DNA of 64,000 nucleotides from Amoebophrya sp. A120 (taxonomy: Eukaryota > Protista > Dinoflagellata). The first letter of the stretch is position 1. Each line of letters opens with the position of its first letter. Positions 60,601 through 64,000 of this stretch are shown in pieces. Below the pieces are notes generated by a model. The model did no database searches. It had not been told where the DNA came from and was given only the letters and a program-made list of their open reading frames with translations. Where the stretch lies: the NCBI GenBank assembly GCA_905178155.1, contig CAJINV010000003.1:2065065-2129064 (forward strand), in the 5' to 3' direction. Made by a program: the position numbers and the translations under genes.

Positions 60601-61351
60601 TCATCTCGAACAAGCAGCTACGCTCCGCAATGGGTGTGGACATGGTCTCCACGATCATCTTCGTAGTTTTATTCGGTGCCGCGCGACGAGGACGACCGGC
60701 CTGCTGCTCAGGGTCGTGGTCCATATTTTGGCGTTGATCAAAGCCCGGTCGGTGCTGTTGCTGCTTCGTGAGTTCCTTGGACGTGCGGGACAAAACCGCC
60801 TGGGACAGATTCTTTCCTGCAAAAACGCCGTTGGTGCCGTGGGCCCCGAGATCCCGGACGAATTTGTCAAATCCGCCTTCCAAGCAGTACACATTGGTCT
60901 CGTTCCCACTGTCCTTGCCCCGGGCCTTTTGAAACAGGTTGGCAATGTGGGACGCCACTTCGCACCCGTCCCGACTGTGGCCGTAGACCACGACGGCGCC
61001 CTTCGCCTGCTTCGCTTTGACCTCCTTGGAAAGAAAACTCTTCTCCCAGCCCGAGGACGCACGGGGCATGTTCACGGCGTTGCGAATGTGCGCCTCCGCG
61101 TACTGCTCTGGCTTCCGCACGTCGATCAGCAGGACCTCGGGGTTGGTCGGGCTGGTAGCGGTCTGCGTCGTCACAATGCAGTTCTTCTTGGTTTTCTTGC
61201 TGGTTTGCGAGTGGTCGCGCTCGAAAAACAACGACACGAGGTGCCCGGGGGCCAACCATGCGAAGTTCTCCTGAATGCTGCTGTCATGCTTCCGGTACCG
61301 CCGCGCCGACGGGATCGAAGTAGTCGCTAATTCCGTGGGTGTCAATATCAT
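57683..61351 (-). CDS. 1222-aa protein with N-terminal rhodanese-like domain and possible GNAT-like segment
   Basis: Rhodanese motifs LLIDVRKPEQYAEAHIRNAVNMP and VYCLEGGFDKF. Later AIVKYIASSATQKGVGLLLQ resembles acetyl-CoA-binding motif A. Confidence 0.72.
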   Translation of the reverse strand: MILTPTELATTSIPSARRYRKHDSSIQENFAWLAPGHLVSLFFERDHSQTSKKTKKNCIVTTQTATSPTNPEVLLIDVRKPEQYAEAHIRNAVNMPRASSGWEKSFLSKEVKAKQAKGAVVVYGHSRDGCEVASHIANLFQKARGKDSGNETNVYCLEGGFDKFVRDLGAHGTNGVFAGKNLSQAVLSRTSKELTKQQQHRPGFDQRQNMDHDPEQQAGRPRRAAPNKTTKMIVETMSTPIAERSCLFEMIQEQVSDAFNCYVKDVKDELLYNPWTAAPVPTKHSRRGGGASGSGTTGRSRRMTLAAVAANPSAGGRNKRGGLLGAAGAEDNCSFAGGPRSEQEHKNDIKSSSSTQQQHGDNAASSLATSKGNKLRGLCSSASDQRPFLGSAWLVNKTSMHLDSDIVPGQPGIFLPDTHGGENLNTYRNQLLALQYLLLTAHARVDLRLLEKYIRHDLYKLLGALPPLLEWARTLCFWSNIITTFYASTELTRDLVVYLVTNKDRTFAQEMHRALARERSAQIAQDPKAYDEEAVQEYIQQSDAEKQGTLHRVGNEESDEEYLEGLEQDLQREDEPQAAMNPINEMTRCQWMQQILLENVVLLTQNKNDSHTYAARLLAQFKGAGYLSGPHTALERLASVDRTDSRKTCSVVNKQMHLALDPAGPDMLDSGVRCQVFCAFEFKTRKQHQNQPEQQPQEGTSSSSSSVTSDEDDEDDTRIPQLVGTLILKHSKPPEDPPPLQLTTTISEEQMFKLLEENGFEEEYKTLLDPDQRGTYRDKLGVERERRRMVEQMNQQLEMIVDDEDKNSDEDDDPFSSRQNGLYGPGLLHPPPHPPPGVYNPFVPQEMMFMAQQQQQNIVGASASSSSSSSRRVVAAPQNMYNKVSQVGVSLSSTRGANKNANARGWAIVKYIASSATQKGVGLLLQEKMMAYLEQHVPNCRNVYAGAWLEYDYSWLSHYNWGYEYCDPNEWPRGQLFGYGTGIMSVKKPVPLKQEQPQEPAEENNTLLSNYHYGNTKSINQSMMIGVGGNIVQLPAAQAHTSTNVDHAINNYNVQPAGPSSSSTNTNGKKDTKRRPRHTISHVDAIKYNMLPSGPSSSSNTNSNKRPRQAAAASSKAGAASSSSSSTNHLNKKDNNVVEEVDHNRNQKQNEAIKPPAARPKQARNRFGQFAAASSVSEEEDSKDDFHPPEEESESSSSVRRARNKKKRRQTMAAAGKSRAKR

Positions 61352-62043
61352 CCTGTCAATTTTCCAATTGCTTTTCTTTTACTTGAAAGCTGGTAAGTGT
61401 CTTCATCAGGAGAGATGAGACATGCTTATTGCGCACGCGGCGGAAACTGAAAAACACTCCTCATCGAGGACAATGTGAGCCGATACAAGCGAAAAGTGGA
61501 TATTCAGATTGTTGAAACGATCAAAAAAACTTTTTTCCGGCCTTAGGTGTCGCAGTCGCTGTTGTGTTTGTAGTAGTTGGCTCGCTATCGATTAATCGAA
61601 GTAATTTACCGGCACGCATGCTTGATCGACTTCTCTGTGGAGTCTGTGAATGTGCAGAGAAGACCTGTACTACGGAAAAGAACTAGAACTGTGCAGAAAA
61701 AACTTTTCTCTTTTCAAAATTATAGCTCCGGTTTGAAAACTCAGATCTCAGCCCAGTTGAAAGTTGAACGAATAAAGCGATGTCATTGAATTTCAACATG
61801 CCAAGATCTTGCTCTGGACCGGGCTGCAACTGCCACAGAGAGCTGTAGCGAAAGAGAAATCCGTGGCTCTTCAGTCGAAGCTTTGCTTCTGACTTGTTGA
61901 TTTTCCTCGTTCACTTGATTTCTTGTTCTTCTTTAGCAAAATGAGAATATGCGAGGACCTTTCTGAACCGTCACAATTCATTGAGTGTTGATGTGTGTAG
62001 TGACTCTACGACTTTATATTCAGTTTGACTTTGAGCGATTCTT

Positions 62044-64000
62044 TTAGCACTCCACAAGAGAAAACGACGTGTGGCTACGGGCGTCCGTCAGGGTCGCGTA
62101 GCGCTTTGGCCACTGCTTCAAGAACGACAACACACCGCCCGTTGGCTTTCCAAAAACCGCACAAATCCGCTTCCACTCCGGATCGCCACCGATGCAGGAG
62201 AGAGCCACTCGACCGTGTTGCCCGACTTCCATCAGAAGAACGTGAGCGAGCTGATCCGTGAGGGATTGCGCTTCGGCATCCCAGGGCTTCGCGGTCGTGG
62301 ACGAACTTGTCATCGCCAGAACAGAGCGCGAGGGCTGGAAAGGTGGAATTTGTTGGTCCTTCTTCGTGGCCAACGAGTTCCCGACGAGCTGCTTTTCCTT
62401 CCTGGCCAGGATGGTCTGTCGGATCCGCGCGGCACTGTCCGTCGAGGAGGAGGGTGTAGAATTGACACCGACTGCGCCGTCGCCTGCGGGAATGTACCGT
62501 ACATAGGAAGTGCCATCCTGAATGTGCTTGAGCAACTCATAGCGGTCAGGAAAAAAATTCAAAAATCCCCTGATGCCGCCCACCGGTTCACCGAAAAAAG
62601 CGACAATCCTCCTCCACTCCTCATCGCTACTAATTGCGGACACGGTTAGCAGCGCTATGTTCGCGGTGTTCCCCAGCACTCCGGGCCCGTTCGCAGCAAG
62701 TAGATACTGGATTAGCCTGTCCGTCAACATCTGGGCCTCATTCCACCACACCCCTTTCTTGGTACCAAATTTGCAAGCGCTGGATGGTCGGAAGTCGAAA
62801 GCGGGAAAGGCGGCTCCCTTCAAAACGCGCTTGTCCGGTGGCGCCCTGGCATCAACCGCCGCCTTGATCTTCGCGAATGTGTCGGGTTGCCGGCCGACCA
62901 GCTGCACGACGGTGTGGCTCAGCATGTTCGTGAACACTTCATACCGTGTGGGAAAGAGCTCGACGAAACCCAGGGCGGGCGAGGAACTGGCTTTCCCGGT
63001 GGGCTTATTTCCCCACTTCTTCACAAGCTGCTTGTACTCAGCGTCTCCCCCTATCGAGGACAGTGCGATGGGCTGGGCTGGGTCTGCTGAAGCAAAAAGA
63101 CGCAGGAGGACGCTGTCGGCCTTTCTCTGCGCATGCCTTGGCCAGACGCACTCTGTGGAGGGCTCGAAGGAACGAACCCCAGCGCCCGCCTCGGATGCAT
63201 CATCCGCCGAGGAGTCTCCTTCTGTTTCATCTCTTTGCTCATCCATGAAGAGCTCACACAGCTCGGCGCTTTCCCTCCACTCTTCCCCATGTACTGGCAC
63301 GACGTGGGTCTTGACGAAAAAAACAAGGATCCCGTCGTAAGTATTTTGCTCGGGATGCACGTCGAGAAGAACCCGGCACGCAGGTAGTAGCAAATGCAAT
63401 AGCTTCACAGGAAGGCCGACTTGCCGCAGCCACTGCTTCTTACGCTCTTCCGCTTCCTTTTTCAAGCCCTGCGCCTGCCGGAGCGCGAACATGGTAACGT
63501 GGTCGCTGTGCAGCTGGGAAGTGCAACTACTAGAGCGCGACGGCTGCGACGTGTCCACTATCACCGCCCGACGTGCTTCACTCTTATCCCGTAGCCTCAC
63601 CACCAACTTTCTCCTTTGCTCCGCGGCGGCACCAGTGCCGACGCAACGCGCTATTGTGTCCGAGTTCACAACGGAGAGACGGACCTCGTCATCTTCGATC
63701 GTGTTGATTAATTCCCGCACACTGACCAACAACGCATATTCTGCGTCCTTCAGCGATCCGCGGCTGTCCATCACCATCATATTTAACTGCTTGAGATTTA
63801 AACGCGTGCTGTCCAAAAGTTCGCGGCACGCAGTCGCAGCGCCGTTCTCGCGGAGTATAAGCTCTGCCGCCTTTCGCAGTTTTACCAATGCCATCTCGAC
63901 GCTTGGGCTCCCTGGAGATCTCACACCGCCCTGTCCGCGCGACACTATCTCATAATGGTAGTGCAGGGTGAGGCCCTCGAGAGCGGCCCGGGGAGGAGCT
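62044..64000 (-). CDS. 5'-partial protein with three winged-helix/LOTUS(OST-HTH)-like repeats
   Basis: The frame is open to the window edge. Three repeats of the pattern ALS.IGGD.EW.......G.P.GG...FL..FP.RY. Confidence 0.6.
   Translation of the reverse strand, partial: APPRAALEGLTLHYHYEIVSRGQGGVRSPGSPSVEMALVKLRKAAELILRENGAATACRELLDSTRLNLKQLNMMVMDSRGSLKDAEYALLVSVRELINTIEDDEVRLSVVNSDTIARCVGTGAAAEQRRKLVVRLRDKSEARRAVIVDTSQPSRSSSCTSQLHSDHVTMFALRQAQGLKKEAEERKKQWLRQVGLPVKLLHLLLPACRVLLDVHPEQNTYDGILVFFVKTHVVPVHGEEWRESAELCELFMDEQRDETEGDSSADDASEAGAGVRSFEPSTECVWPRHAQRKADSVLLRLFASADPAQPIALSSIGGDAEYKQLVKKWGNKPTGKASSSPALGFVELFPTRYEVFTNMLSHTVVQLVGRQPDTFAKIKAAVDARAPPDKRVLKGAAFPAFDFRPSSACKFGTKKGVWWNEAQMLTDRLIQYLLAANGPGVLGNTANIALLTVSAISSDEEWRRIVAFFGEPVGGIRGFLNFFPDRYELLKHIQDGTSYVRYIPAGDGAVGVNSTPSSSTDSAARIRQTILARKEKQLVGNSLATKKDQQIPPFQPSRSVLAMTSSSTTAKPWDAEAQSLTDQLAHVLLMEVGQHGRVALSCIGGDPEWKRICAVFGKPTGGVLSFLKQWPKRYATLTDARSHTSFSLVEC

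Noticed and set aside
7931-61330. Long plus-strand ORFs (7931..8902, 19545..20576, 49892..50896, 60317..61330)
   Set aside because: They are antisense shadows of GC3-rich minus-strand genes and have no recognisable motifs.
1-64000. Autonomous transposase for the introners; tRNA/rRNA genes
   Set aside because: No DDE-type ORF flanked by TAY...RTA TIRs, and no recognisable structural RNA gene, was seen in this window.

Overview
This is eukaryotic, gene-dense DNA in which every credible gene (about 15) lies on the minus strand. That layout, plus abundant non-canonical introns, points to a syndinian dinoflagellate such as Amoebophrya (inference). Recognisable genes are PSTK, a TTLL3-like tubulin glycylase, an SLC25 carrier, IFT144/WDR19, a CEP164-like WW/B-box protein, a JmjC-like membrane protein and a rhodanese-domain protein. 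The main signal is a set of 17 clear (plus 1 degenerate) 182-378 bp MITE-like introner elements in at least 5 terminal-inverted-repeat (TIR) families. Most have TAY...RTA termini (a few have decayed), all have a perfect or near-perfect 5-bp target-site duplication (TSD), and most share an internal TGTSATGC motif. Removing element plus one TSD restores the reading frame in every case, and no register gives GT-AG. Family members occur in both orientations. Nine elements split an ORF-track-invisible Cys-rich gene (24.1-28.4 kb) into micro-exons, with two insertion sites only 2 bp apart. That gene appears to end in two duplicated alternative last exons. Removing two elements also reveals a ~2437-aa putatively secreted polyprotein of amphipathic helices separated by SFLQ-type motifs. 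A decayed non-LTR reverse transcriptase remnant, a perfect 24-bp hairpin and a possible spliced-leader relic are also present. All splicing is reconstructed by hand and needs RNA-seq confirmation.
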